Below are positions 35,376 to 50,300 of a stretch of DNA of 64,000 bases, one piece after another. The stretch covers positions 4,712,001 to 4,776,000 of the forward strand of contig CATNEN010000025.1 of assembly GCA_950097015.1 (NCBI GenBank), given 5' to 3'. The first letter of the stretch is position 1, and every line of letters starts with the position of its first letter. The notes under the pieces were generated by a model. The model was not told the DNA's origin, made no database searches, and was given only the letters and a program-made list of their open reading frames with translations. The DNA comes from Macrostomum hystrix (Eukaryota > Animalia > Platyhelminthes). The translations under genes were made by a program, and so were the position numbers.

Positions 35376-38300
35376 TCAGGGTCCTGCTGTACAGCCGGCA
35401 TCAGCCGGCAGATCGTCGCCAGAGTGTCCACCGTTGCCAACCCTCTGTCGACCTAGCGCAATCTCTGCGTCCTGCAAAGCCTGCTTTGCCAGGTATTGTT
35501 CGCGTTTGATCTTTAACTGAAGCGACTGGGGGACATCAGGAATGAGAATGTCCAGCATTCGACTGATGAAGAACACAACGTGCTGCGAATTGGATAGGAG
35601 GTTATGGAAAAAAACTGATTTAATGAGTTGTTTTTCACAAATTATTTAATTTAAAAATTACCACGCGATCGCACTTTAATTGCATGCGCACATTGTTTAT
35701 TTTTACTTATCTCCCAAAATATTCAACCATCGCCAAGAAAATCCTAAACAGGGCAAACATTTTCTGCTCTAATTTGATCCGATGTAACAACTTAATCCGG
35801 AATTACAAAGCATCGGCATCCTCGAGATATTCAACGATTCTCGTCGGGGGGGGTGGCTGGTGACAAAATCCACCATGTAGGCATAAGTTTTCTGCTCACA
35901 ATTTGGAAATCACGTCGGCTATTATTGTTGGTTATATACTCGTATTTTATTGTTTTTTATTAAACCAATAAGGACTCGCCATAGACGTTCAAATACCGAG
36001 CAATGTTAGCTATCCTTGTCACCAGGGTCTTCGACAATATCTCGACGATGTTTACTCGGATGACTTTGAAAGTTTATAGTTCATCGTAAAGAGCAGAAAA
36101 TTTTGATCCAAATGATGGACTTTTATCAGTCATTCGGTTTTGGGGCAGTATAGTATAGTCAGTGGGTATTTTACCGTGGTCTTTCTACTGTTAATGAGGT
36201 TTTGTATTGTTTTATTATGCTGCTAACCTCAAATGCGATCACAAATGCCAGTCGCACGGCCAGCAGCTTCCAGTAGAAGACGCTGTGGTCTCCGTCAGAG
36301 TCGCGGAACGCCTTGTATCGGCACGGCTGGACGGTGGTGTTGCTCGGCGACCAGGCCAGCGAGAAGTTCGTGTAGCCGCGCAGCTGACTGTCGTGCTGGT
36401 ACATGTACAGCTGCTTGGGCAGGAACTCCGATGTGAATGCGATGAGGAAGGCCTGACCAGGCAGGGTGAGTTGTAGAGTAAAGTGCAAGACAGTAAAGCT
36501 GAGAGATGCAGTCGTTGTATAATAGACAAAGTTACTGTAGAACACAAAGGAAACCAAATAAATCAGAATTAGACCGTGGAGACCTTCAGAATGAATATAC
36601 TAGAAAAAAGCTTGCTGAAAAAATTCCATGTACCCAGAAGCAACGATGATCGATGCACGCACATACTTGTTCAATTAGCTCTACTGTTAGTAATATATCG
36701 CTTACAGATACGTTACGTATGGCACACAGTCTCGAAGGAGAGTACCAAAGGACCACTAGGTGAATTTTTACGCGAAAACCAGCATAATTTTTTTCTTAGA
36801 AACGTAGTTTTCCGTCCTCCCATTATAGCTGTTTGGAGTGTACCAATGCCCTAGCTTTAGAGTTTAGTCGGTATGAGAATTACATTTTGTAATAAAAGTT
36901 GTTCCACTACTTTACCGAAAATAAGAATCGATAAAGTGGCTGGGTTAGTCAAGTTTAGTTTACAAAGTTCTGAAAGAAATTAGTTTAATAAATTCGGATG
37001 ACGAATGCTATCAGTCAGAGATTTTTTACGAAAATGTAAATAAGTTAAAAGAATCTCAACTGTTACTCACATTCGATATCACAGATAGCTGCACAATCAC
37101 GTCTAGTAGAGTGAACCAGACACCAATATCCTGCGCTCTCTCGGACACTGGTCTTCGGGTCTCGCACACCAGCTTGCTGGCGTCGAGTCGAATCTCTAGC
37201 CAGTTGTTTAGCAGAGCAAAGAACGGCGCCAGCGGGAATGCGGCTACAAAGATGGTGATGAAGCCGAACTGCAGCACCATCTCCAGGTATTCCTCGAACA
37301 GGCCCTCGTAAGGGATGAGCTGGTAGTCGGCCTCGCAGCGAGTCATCTGTCGCTCATCGCGTCTGGCCCAGGAGATGCCCTTGGAGAAGCGATGCATCCA
37401 GGTCAGCAGCTTCCTGTTGCAACAGTTATCATTTGGCCATGCACGATCAACACGAGGCACTTCTGTCTAACCCATCAGGGAACTTTTATGATAAAGTACA
37501 CACTTAAAGCGCATAAAAAATTGCAGGAGGGTAGTGGGCAATGGTACATCGTTTGGTGACACTAGACCCACAGCAAGCGAAGAGGCAATTCTGCCCATTT
37601 CGCTGAATCCTGAGCACACGCGAACACAGATGCCGTACTCAGGTTATTCATTGTACTAAGACTTTCACATTGTCAGGCACAGGGACAACTAAAACCCACA
37701 ATTTACCATTCGGTAATTAGTCTGATTTGACTATATCGTTTAAGACACACACGTTTAAGACAGACCCAGGTGCTCCGAGTCCCCTAAACCATAAAAAAGG
37801 GTTTAAGAGAGTTTTAGTTGTCCCTGGTCAGGCAGTGTACACTCTCACTGTGCCTTGGAGGTTGACCGTCAAGAGCGTAAATTGCACGTTAAGCCCCAAG
37901 GTTTCACTCCGCGGCTGCGCCCCAAATGGATGTGGCCTCGCCGCGGAATCGAGCTTAGTGACCTTGGTGCGAGAGGCAAACGCGTTAGACCGCTCCGCCA
38001 CTCACCCTCATTCGACGCGCCACTGAAAGGTGAGGTCCTTATTGTTGTATATTAAAAAAACGAGTGGATTCGAACTCCGGGGCGATTGACGTAAGAGCTT
38101 TACCCGTTAATGCTCAAATAATCATAACGTGCATTTTTGACATTCCATCAATCTGCAGACGGTGAGGAGGCGACTCTGCCCAGTCTCGCTCACTCTGAGC
38201 ACAGCACATACGTGTACTAGTCCGCCACTCTGAGCACAGCACATACGTGTACTAGTCCGCCACTCTGAGCACAGCACATACGTGTACTAGTCCGCCACTC

Positions 38301-41300
38301 TAATTATTCTCTAAGCCTTGATTTTAACCTGAAGCTACACGCACGACAATCAAGCGGAACTTACGGAACAAAGACCTCCTGACAGTTGTTGATGATCTGC
38401 TTGCCGATCATGATGACAGCAAGTTGCTGCGCCAACTCAATTAGGCAGCCGCCGCTGCTGCATTCCTCGTTGCGTAGGCCGAAAAATTTTCCATAGCGTC
38501 CCGGATATCCCGTGAATCTAGATTGGGACACAATTTTCTTTTTCTTAGCACTATTCCAGAAAGATAACGACACAAGGCGCTTGCTTACTTTCCCTTGAAG
38601 AACGCGATGTACAATATCGACGAGTAGAAATTGACGAATTGAAATATGAAAACTTTCAGGATTAGCTGGTTCTCAAAATCAGTCTGGGTGCGGTGCATCT
38701 CTGAAATAAAAACGTTTTCACATGTTAATTCACTACTAGGGGGTTGTAGCCTTGCGGTTAGAGCGTCGGACCCACGATTTGAAGGTCGAGGGTTCGATTC
38801 CTGACTCCACTGGAACAATATGTGTCATTTAGCAAGACACTTAACTCTGCATTGCTTCAGTTCACTCAGTTGTTAAATGGGTACCAGCATTAGCTGGGGT
38901 AATTGAGGGTGTGTGGCGTCCATGCAGTCCATGGACTGAACAGCGCAATAGCTGGCCCGATAGGGTCTGGTGTTTATTCACTACTAACTGTAACGAGTAG
39001 TAATGCTCTCACCCCACTGAGTGAGCTTGTATGCCAGCTTCTCATAGACCTTGCCAAGGCTCATGATGAGCACCAGATTCACGCAGGCGGCTGACCCGCT
39101 AGCCACCGTGGTTGCCTGCGATCGAAGCACCGGGTTTTGGAACAGGGGAATAGCGATCAGCACCCGGTAGATGATGACCGCCATGATGAATATTATCACC
39201 AGCACCATCTGCCGTTTAGGAGTGGAAAGCGGTAGCGAATTTGGCGGTATCGCTTCATGGATAGATTAAGATACCGAGTCCATCATCTTCAACCCACGGA
39301 ATCCATCATTTTCAATCCACCGAATCCATCATCTTCAATCCACCGAATCCATCATCTTCAGCCCACCGAATCCATCATCTTCAACCCATGGAATCCATCA
39401 TCTTCAACCCACCGAATCCATCATCTTCAACCCACCGAATCCATCATCTTCAGCCCACCGAATCCATCATCTTCAACCCACCGAATCCAATCATCTTCAA
39501 CCCACCGAATCCATCATCTTCAACCCACCGAATCCATCATCTTCAATCTATTAAATCGACCAACTCTAATCCTCCAAACAAATTTTCCGCCCTCTTAATC
39601 CGTTCTCCCTAATTTCCTAATTTTTCGATTCTGCCTTCTGCCGGCCCTCCTAAATCTCTCTCAACTCAATCCTGATCAAATCCCATCGCTTAAATCCAGA
39701 TAAAAACATTGAAAGCGCCCTCTGTGTCCACCGGGTGCTAGAAGAGTGCACTTTTACTGATAAATTACCGGTGGTCAGTTGTGCAACTTATAATTAATCC
39801 TCGCCTGGTGGTAGGCAAGTAGGGAGCATGATTTATCTGGGGGAGTCTTTCGGTCGCACTTTAGTTTGACCTTGAAGATTCGAGAGCAAACAACTCAGCC
39901 GAAATCTGAGGTAGGTAGGGAGGTAGAGAGGTAGAGAGAGAAGGATCCATCAAGACGGATAGGCAGTTTTTGTTCATCATTCAAGACGGAGAAATCTGAT
40001 CCCCAAGACAGAGAAAATTGCGATAGAATCGAAAACTTCCAAAACAGAAGTGCACAGAGCTGAAAAGATTGAATGAGGGCGAGTAGGATCGAGAACATTT
40101 TGATCAGGGAACTGGACAGCTTCTCTTGACACTCAGAAACTGCCTAAATTGACACTCGGAAACTGCCTAAATTGACACTCGGAAACTGCCTAAATTGACA
40201 ATAGGAAACTGCCTAAATCGACACTCGGAAACTGCCTAAATTGACAATAGGAAACTGCCTAAATTGACAATAGGAAACTGCCTAAATCGACAATAGGAAA
40301 CTGCCTAAATTGACAATAGGAAACTGACTAAATTGACAATAGGAAACTGCCTAAATCGACAATAGGAAACTGCCTAAATCGACAATAGGAAACTGCCTAA
40401 ATTGACAATAGGAAACTGCCTAAATCGACAATAGGAAACTGCCTAAATTGACAATAGGAAACTGCCTAAATCGAAACTAGGAAACTGCCTAACTCGACAC
40501 TAGGAAACTGCCTAAATTGACACTCGGAAACTGCCTAAATCGACACCAAGAAACTGCCTAAATTGACACTCGGAAACTGCCTAAATTGACACTCGGAAAC
40601 TGCCTAAATGAACACCAAGAAACTGCTTAAATTGACACTCGGAAACTGCCTAAATGAACACCAAGAAACTGCCTAAATTGACAATAGGAAACTGCCTAAA
40701 TTGACACTCGGAAACTGCCTAAATTGACAATAGGAAACTGCCTAAATTGACACTCGGAAACTGCCTAAATTGACACTCGGAAACTGACTAAATTGACAAT
40801 AGGAAACTGCCTAAATTGACACTCGGAAACTGCCTAAATTGACAATAGGAAACTGACTAAATTGACAATAGGAAACTGCCTAAATTGACAATAGGAAACT
40901 GACTAAATTGACAATAGGAAACTGCCTAAATTGACAATAGGAAACTGACTAAATTGACAATAGGAAGCTGCCTAAACTGACACTCGGAAACTGCCTAAAT
41001 TGACAATAGGAAACTGACTAAATTAACAATAGGAAACTGACTAAATTGACACTCGGAAACAGCCTGAATTGACAATAGGAAACTGACTAAATTGACAATA
41101 GGAAACTGCCTAAATTGACACTCGGAAACTGCCTAAATTGACAATAGGAAACTGACTAAATCGACACGCAGAAACTGCCTAAATCGACACGCAGAAACTG
41201 CCTAAATCGACACTCAGAAACTGCCTAAATCGACACCAAGAAACTGCCTAATTGACACTCGGTAACTGCCTAAATTGACACCAAGAAACTGCCTAAACTG

Positions 41301-44300
41301 ACACTAGGAAAACTGCCTAAATTGACAATAGGAAACTGCCTAAATTGACAATAGGAAACTGCCTAAATCGACAATAGGAAACTGCCTAAATTGACAATAG
41401 GAAACTGCCTAAATTGACACTCGGAAACTGCCTAAATTGACACTCGGAAACAGCCTGAATTGACACTCGGAAACTGCCTAAATTGACACTCGGAAACTGC
41501 CTAAATGAACACCAAGAAACTCGGAAGAGCCAAATGTCTTACCATGACGACGATGCACATTATCCCGGTAATGATTCGCGGAATTCTCTTCCTATTGGGA
41601 AAATGCGGCTCCAGATTTCCGGTGACCGGATTTCGCTGGTACACGGGGCACAGTGCCGAGTATTCCGGCCTTGGGCGCTCCTCGTCCTCCTGAAAGTCCA
41701 TCACATCCCAGTGATGCGCCAGAGACGCGTTCTTGCGCTTCCAGTTCTCCAGAAAGGTGACCGCTGCGTATCAAAGATGGGAAAATCGTTTTTCGCTTGT
41801 TTGTTTGTCATTATTCAACTCACAGAATTTGACTGTGAGGCCAATTTGACTGTGTACAACCAATGGGCTGCAAGCTTCCCAAGCAAACATTATAATCCCA
41901 GTAAGTTTGTGACGCAATAATAATAATAAAGTGTAGGAGAACAGTGGGCAATGGCACATTATTTGGTGACACTAGACCCGCAGCCAGCGAGGGGCAATTC
42001 CGCCCATTTCGCTGACTCCTGAGCACACACGCACACAGACACCGCTCACACAGGTGTGTACATCTGCCCTGACTTCCTCATAGTCAGGCACTGTACACTT
42101 CACTGTGCCTTGGAGGTTGGCCCTCAAGGGCGTCAATTTCACGTCAAGCTGCCAAGCATTCTCTCCGAGGCTGCGCCCCAAATAAATGTGGCCTCGCCGC
42201 GGAATCGAACTCAGGGACCTTGGTGCGAGAGGCAAACGCGTTAACCGCTCTGCCACTCGCCCTTTGAAAATTCCATAGTACAAAAAGTTCCAAAAGTACT
42301 TTACTTATGTAAGCGATTGAAAAGCGCTTACATCGGTTCTCCTTTCAATCAGCGACCTTCATCTGCATTTCGACCCACCCAGCGCTCAAAATAGACCTGA
42401 GCGAGCCAGACCGGCTGACCTGACGGCCTGGAAAGCAATGACGCAGAGACCGAGAACCTATGCACCCTATCAGCCTGCGAACTCGTGCCTAGAATGCTCG
42501 GGGCTGGTGTGTTGGGGACCATGGCAACGCGGGGCAGAGAGATAACTGCTTGTGTGTTATCTTTTATATCTCTCTCTCTCTGACCCCCCCTACTGCTAAA
42601 CACTGTGCCTTATCGCTTGAATATAAAATACACTGCTTCGTAGATATGCTTCTGCACTGAAGCTTTGAGATGTGAGTCTCACACTCATAATTGTTGGCCT
42701 CTGTGGTCAGTACGAGTTCAAGTCTTTCGGTTAGTGTCGGCAGAAGGTAGCAGGCAGCAAGAAAACCTGCTATATCTGGTTCCCTAGACCTTCCGGAGTC
42801 ACCGCTAGACACAAGAAAACGATTCCTGCTACACTGACAGAGGACTTCGTACTGGATGAAGGCCGGAGATCGAGAGGCGACGCGCAGTTTCGTACCAAGC
42901 TACCAGCCAGACACTACTCAGCAACCAGCGCAAATCACGACGATTCTTACCTAGAGCGGTCATTTGGCGAGCGATTCAATTATTGTTCAACACTGGGAAA
43001 ATGCGGTTACTACTGTAGCCGCATGTAATAACCTACAAGGCACTACACAAATGTCGACTTTTTTCCCTGCCAGCCAAGTCTGAAGTTGATCAAGATGGAA
43101 GATTGTGACGAAGAAGATTGTCAAGCAGTCGTAGTTTACAATAATTGACTCTGGCCAATGAGCCAGCAACACTGACACACACGGAGACATTGATATTTCA
43201 AATTGCATGCAAAAGCATGCCCTTTGTGAAGCAGGCGACTTCACCGATTATAAAACTAGACTGCAAATACTTGTTGTGACGCCTGAGCTGCAACTAAGCA
43301 AGCCCGATGGGACTGCCACCAGTAACAGCACCTCCCTGGCCACCGTGCGATGGTCAGTTTTCGGGGAACATACATTGCCCCATGTTGATGATAATTGCTG
43401 CACACACTACTCAAGCTGTACTGCTCAGTCGAAGGGACGAGCTGGTGCAAGACAGAACATTTTCTGCCAGTCAAGACCAACTCAGACTCCAGGACCGCAT
43501 ACAATCAAGAAGATCGGCACCAAACAAGCTGCCGAGCACAATGCAAGAAAAGCTGGTATGAGACTGCCAATCGCGAGAAAGACAGGACATCATCAGAGCA
43601 TCACGGTACCAGTGGGATCTTCGACGCCAGGAGAACTGACACGGGTGTCAGTTTTTCAAAAGGGGAAGATATGTAAGCGATTGAAAAGCGCTTACATCGG
43701 TTCTCCTTTCAATCAGCGACCTTCATCTGCATTTCGACCCACCCAGCGCTCAAAATAGACCTGAGCGAGCCAGACCGGCTGACCTGACGGCCTGGAAAGC
43801 AATGACGCAGAGACCGAGAACCTATGCACCCTATCAGCCTGCGAACTCGTGCCTAGAATGCTCGGGGCTGGTGTGTTGGGTTGGGGACCATGGCAACGCG
43901 GGGCAGAGAGATAACTGCTTGTGTGTTATCTTTTATATCTCTCTCTCTCTGACCCCCCCCCTACTGCTAAACACTGTGCCTTATCGCTTGAATATAAAAT
44001 ACACTGCTTCGTAGATATGCTCCTGCACTGAAGCTTTGAGATGTGAGTCTCACACTCATAATTGTTGGCCTCTGTGGTCAGTACGAGTTCAAGTCTTTCG
44101 GTTAGTGTCGGCAGAAGGTAGCAGGCAGCAAGAAAACCTGCTATAACTTAGGCTTCGTAAAGTACGGATGCTACAGAACAATAAAGTACGCACTTAATAA
44201 AAGTACCAAAATTTAAAGTACTTTTCAATTGATAAGGTTTTCTGTTATGTGATTCAAACCGATTTGTAATGGCTTTACGTAAACCAAAGGATATTCTTGG

Positions 44301-47300
44301 ATTCAAACCAATGCTTACAGCACTCACCCCAGAATGCGATGAACACTGAGTAGAACACAGTACCGGGATGATCGAATAGGTAGGACATTTTAATGTAGAC
44401 ACAGATGTCGCTAAGGTACCAATAATTGCAGCCGATCGCTTCGTCACAAAGCGGACACATTTTATAGGCTTGCCGACTTTCGCAGGCTTCTATTCTGTCG
44501 TGTGTAAAATTTGAAAGTCACCCCAGTGACCAACGAGGAAATCCATGCAAAACGAAAGATCCTGCCAATCAATTTACAATCAATTTACTTCGAGCGTCTT
44601 GCTCGAAGTATAAAAGTACAAAAAAGTCCACAACTTCTAAAAGTACACGAGAGTCCCAAATGTCTAAAAGTTCAAAAGGGTACGTAAAAGTACATAATCT
44701 CAAAAAAGTACAAAAGAGAACATTAAGGTACATAATTTTTAAAAGTACATAAAAGTCCTTAATTTGCCATGTCAGCTTAAATTAGTTCATAAATAAAGCA
44801 ATTTACTTATTAGATATTAATTTTTACTTTCCAAATCTCGGAATCAGAATCAAAAAAGAAGACAAAGTCAAACTTAGCACACACCACGATACTCACGCGG
44901 GCACGTTGCTTTGGAAAGTGAAGCAGCCATAGAGAAATACCAGAATGCCGACCAAACTAGCCGGTAATAGCCAGGCTGTGTACAGACCTGCCAGGTAAGA
45001 TTTGAAACTAAGTATCGGTAATATTTGATTGATAAATTATTATATGAAGAATTCCAAGCTGTCTCTAAATATAAGCGATGCTCGATTGCTAAACCCCTCT
45101 AAACATCTGGGGATGGTAGAAGCGAGGACCCACAGAACATCTGGGGATGGTAGAAGCGAGGACCCACAGAACATCTGGGGATGGTAGAGGCGACGACCCA
45201 CTGAACATCTGGGGATGGTACAAGCGACGACCCACTGAACATCTGGGGATGGTAGAAGGCTACGACCCACTGAACATCTGGGAATGGTAGAAGCGACGAC
45301 CCACTGAACATCTGGGGATGGTAGAAGCTACGACCCACTGAACATCTGGGGATGGTAGAAGCGACGACCCACTGAACATCTGGGGATGGTAGAAGGCTAC
45401 GACCCACTGAACATCTGGGGATGGTAGAAGGCTACGACCCACTGAACATCTGGGGATGGTAGAAGGCTACGACCCACTGAACATCTGGGAATGGTAGAAG
45501 CGACGACCCACTGAACATCTGGGGATGGTAGAAGCTACGACCCACTGAACATCTGGGGATGGTAGAAGCGACGACCCACTGAACATCTGGGGATGGTAGA
45601 GGCGACGACCCACAGAACATCTGGGGATGGTAGAAGGCTACGACCCACTGAACATCTGGGGATGGTAGAAGGCTACGACCCACTGAACATCTGGGGATGG
45701 TAGAAGCGACGACCCACTGAACATCTGGGGATGGTAGAAGCGATGACCCACTGAACATCTGGGGATGGTAGAAGCGACGACCCACTGAACATCTGGGGAT
45801 GGTAGAGGCGACGACCCACAGAACATCTGGGGATGGTAGAAGGCTACGACCCACTGAACATCTGGGGATGGTAGAAGGCTACGACCCACTGAACATCTGG
45901 GGATGGTAGAAGCGACGACCCACTGAACATCTGGGGATGGTAGAAGCGACGACCCACTGAACATCTGGGGATGTTAGAAGCTACGACCCACTGAACATCT
46001 GGGGATGGTAGAAGCGATGACCCACTAAACATCTGGGAATGGTAGAAGCGACGACCCACTAAACATCTGGGGATGGTAGAAGCGACCACCCACAGAACAT
46101 CTGGGGATGGTAGAAGCGACGACCCACTGAACATCTGGGGATGGTAGAAGCGACGACCCACAGAACATCTGGGGATGGTAGAAGCGATGACCCACTAAAC
46201 ATCTGGGAATGGTAGAAGCGACGACCCACTAAACATCTGGGAATGGTAGAAGCGACGACCCACTGAACATCTGGGAATGGTAGAAGCGACGACCCACTGA
46301 ACATCTGGGGATGGTAGAAGCGACGACCCACTGAACATCTGGGAATGGTAGAAGCGACGACCCACTGAACATCTGGGGATGGTAGAAGCGACGACCCACT
46401 GAACATCTGGGGATGGTAGAAGCTACGACCCACTGAACATCTGGGGATGGTAGAAGCGACGACTCACTGAACATCTGGCGATGGTAGAGGCGACGACCGA
46501 CAGAACATCTGGGGATGGTAGAAGGCTACGACCCACTGAACATCTGGGGATGGTAGAAGGCTACGACCCACTGAACATCTGGGGATGGTAGAAGCGACGA
46601 CCCACTGAACATCTGGGGATGGTAGAAGCGACGACCCACTGAACATCTGGGGATGGTAGAAGCTACGACCCACTGAACATCTGGGGATGGTAGAAGCGAT
46701 GACCCACTAAACATCTGGGAATGGTAGAAGCGACGATCCACTGATGTCTGTTGGTGATCGAAATTGAAAAGACTCGCTGATTATTGTTTTGCATTCTTAC
46801 CGAGCCAGGCAAAGTATAAGCCAATCTTTTCACCGTAGTACTCTCTGATATGGTCCAAGGGTTGGTATTTGTACCACAGACTCCAGGCGGCCCAGTAAGC
46901 GTATAAAATTTGGCGCGGATTTAAATCTTCCGGTTTGTAGGCCTTCGGCAATTCGAACGGTCCCTGTGTCAAATTTAAGGGATCATTTATTTAGAGGCAG
47001 ATTTTGATTGGTCAGGACTGGTTGACTTGTTGCTATTTTTAGAAAATCTCTCTGGGGAATCCATTTTTAGCTACAATCATCCGCCGAAGCAATTATACAA
47101 TAAATTAAATTTCTAAATGTCCGTTAACAGTAGAGAGACCACGGGGTATTTTAAATGCCCTTTTCATTTTTTCTTTTCTACCGAAATAGTCAACCAATCG
47201 CCATGAAAATCCAGAACACGTGTTTAAAACTTTCCGCCTTTTACGATCCCGTGGTCTCTCCCCAGGGGGGGGGAAACAGCGTGGTTTTTCTAATGAAACG

Positions 47301-50300
47301 GGCGAATTCCACTTTACCTCGTGCAGTGGGAAGGCCCCAGTGTAGGCGCCGTCCTCGAGCAGTCGGTCGATGCCGATTTCGGCCTTCTGCCTCTGGCCGT
47401 AGGCGCGGGTGGCCAGGATTTCGTAGGCCACCTGGTGACGCTGGGTGGCCGAGAAATAGCTGGCCCGGTTTTGACTGCCGAGAAATCTGCGGATTTTCGG
47501 AGCATTTTCCGCTATAGAAAATGAATAACAAGATGGATCCCCCTGCCATTCCGAGATTCCCCGGCTTTTCCCTCTCTCCCTGGATGGAATTCCGGACTTT
47601 TCCCGTATTTCCTAGCTTCAGGGATTCACCTGAAGTTTGGGATTCCCCAAAAGTTTGGGATTCCCCAAAAGTTTGGGATTCCCCAAAAGTTTGGGATTCC
47701 CCAAAAGTTTGGGATTCCCCAAAGTTTGGGATTCCCCAAAAGTTTGGGATTCCCCCAAAGTTTGGGATTCCCCAAAAGTTTGGGATTCCCCAAAAGTTTG
47801 GGATTCCCCAAAAGTTTGGGATTCGCCAAATTTTCAGGATTCCTCGACTTTCCGGCTTCTCCGGAATACAATGCTTTTATGGGATTCCTAGGATTTTCTA
47901 GGATTTTCTAGGATTACTCACCTGTTTTGAAATTAGCCCACTCTTTGGGGTTGGCCCCGGTTTTCTTTAATTTTTTCTCTTTGAATTTCCTGAATTTTCC
48001 AGAACTTTTAGACTCCATTGGGAATACAAATAGATACGCCGTGTAGTTTTTCTGCTTTCCAGGACTCTCGCATATTTTGACATTTATTTTGTAGACTTTC
48101 ATAAAATCGAAAATTCTGTCTAAACGAATGGATTTCAGAGCTAGAAAGAGAAGAACAATACTGATTAAGATGAAGGGGTGCGGCGAGCAAAGACCCTGTC
48201 CATCCATGAGTACCACACACATTGAGCATGTGCTCAAGAATTATGCGAAGCTGATTGATCGAAAGTATTAATCGACGGGAATAAAAAGTTATGAAGCACT
48301 GTCGAGGGACAACTGCTCAGATGAGAACAGTGTGTTGGAAAATTACTTTTCAAATAAAACCCGAAAAGTGAGCAATATTTCATACTTTTGTTTGTTACGC
48401 CAGAACATCCTTAGCCCATAAAAATCCTATTAAAATTATTTTACTACTTTGCTGTTGTTGCTGCAGACTGTCAATCAGGAACTTTGTAAAATCGTGACTC
48501 ATTCCCTGAGATTTGATCAGATCATGACTCATTCCCTGAGTTTTGATCAGATCATGACTCATTCCCTGAGATTTGATCAGATCATGACTCATTCTCTGAG
48601 ATTTGATCAGATCATGACTCATTCTCTGAGATTTGATCAGATTATGACTCATTCCCTGAGTTTTGATCAGATCATGACTCATTCCCTGAGATTTGATCAG
48701 ATCATGACTCATTCTCTGAGATTTGATCAGATCATGACTCATTCCCTGAGATTTGATCAGATCATGACTCATTCCCTGAGATTTGATCAGATCATGACTC
48801 ATTCTCTGAGATTTGATCAGATTATGACTCATTCCCTGAGATTTGATCAGATTATGACTCATTCCCTGAGATTTGATCAGATCAGGACTCATTCCCTGAG
48901 ATTTGATCAAGGCATGACTCATTCCATGAGATTTGATCAGATTATGACTCACTCCCTGAGATTTGATCAAGGCATGACTCATTCCATGAGATTTGATCAG
49001 ATTATGACTCACTCCCTGAGATTTGATCAGATCATGACTCATTCCCTGAGATTTGATCAGATCATGACTCACTCCCTGAGATTTGATCAGATCATGACTC
49101 ATTCCCTGAGATTTGATCAGATTATGACTCACTCCCTGAGATTTGATCAAGGCATGACTCATTCCATGAGATTTGATCAGATTATGACTCACTCCCTGAG
49201 ATTTGATCAGATCATGACTCATTCCCTGAGATTTGATCAGATCATGACTCACTCCCTGAGATTTGATCAGATCATGACTCACTCCCTGAGATTTGATCAG
49301 ATCATGACTCACTCCCTGAGATTTGATCAGATCATGACTCACTCCCTGAGATTTGATCAGATCATGACTCATTCCCTGAGATTTGATCAGATCAGGACTC
49401 ATTCCCTGAGATTTGATAAGATTATGACTCATTCCCTGAGATTTGATCAGATCAGGACTCATTCCCTGAGATTTGATCAGATCATGACTCACTCCCTGAG
49501 ATTTGATCAGATCATGACTCATTCCCTGAGATTTGATCAGAGCATGACTCATTCCCTGAGATTTGATCAGATCAGGACTCATTCCCTGAGATTTGATCAG
49601 ATTATGACTCATTCCATGAGATTTGATCAGATTATGACTCACTCCCTGAGATTTGATCAGATCATGACTCATTCCCTGAGATTTGATCAGATCATGACTC
49701 ACTCCCTGAGATTTGATCAGATCATGACTCACTCCCTGAGATTTGATCAGATCATGACTCACTCCCTGAGATTTGATCAGATTATGACTCACTCCCTGAG
49801 ATTTGATCAGATCATGACTCACTCCCTGAGATCTGATCAGATTATGACTCACTCCCTGAGATTTGATCAGATCAGGACTCATTCCCTGAGATTTGATAAG
49901 ATTATGACTCATTCCCTGAGATTTGATCAGAGCATGACTCATTCCCTGAGATTTGATCAGATCAGGACTCATTCCCTGAGATTTGATCAGATTATGACTC
50001 ATTCCCTGAGATTTGATCAGAGCATGACTCACTCCCTGAGATTTGATCAGATCAGGACTCATTCCCTGAGATTTGATCAGATTATGACTCATTCCCTGAG
50101 ATTTGATCAGATTATGACTCACTCCCTGAGATTTGATCAGATCATGACCCACTCCCTGAGATTTGATCAGATCAGGACTCATTAAATCATGAATCATTCT
50201 TGATGTAGTCTCAAAGCTACAATAGGTCATGACTCATTCTCCACAGATTTCCATTGGTTACGCATTCGAAAATAGTGTGAGTTGAAACCGAGCTCACTTA

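Noticed and set aside
43207-43758. 183-aa ORF in the LTR element as a functional protein
   Set aside because: Runs into the 3' LTR and shows only faint integrase-like remnants; treated as decayed pol
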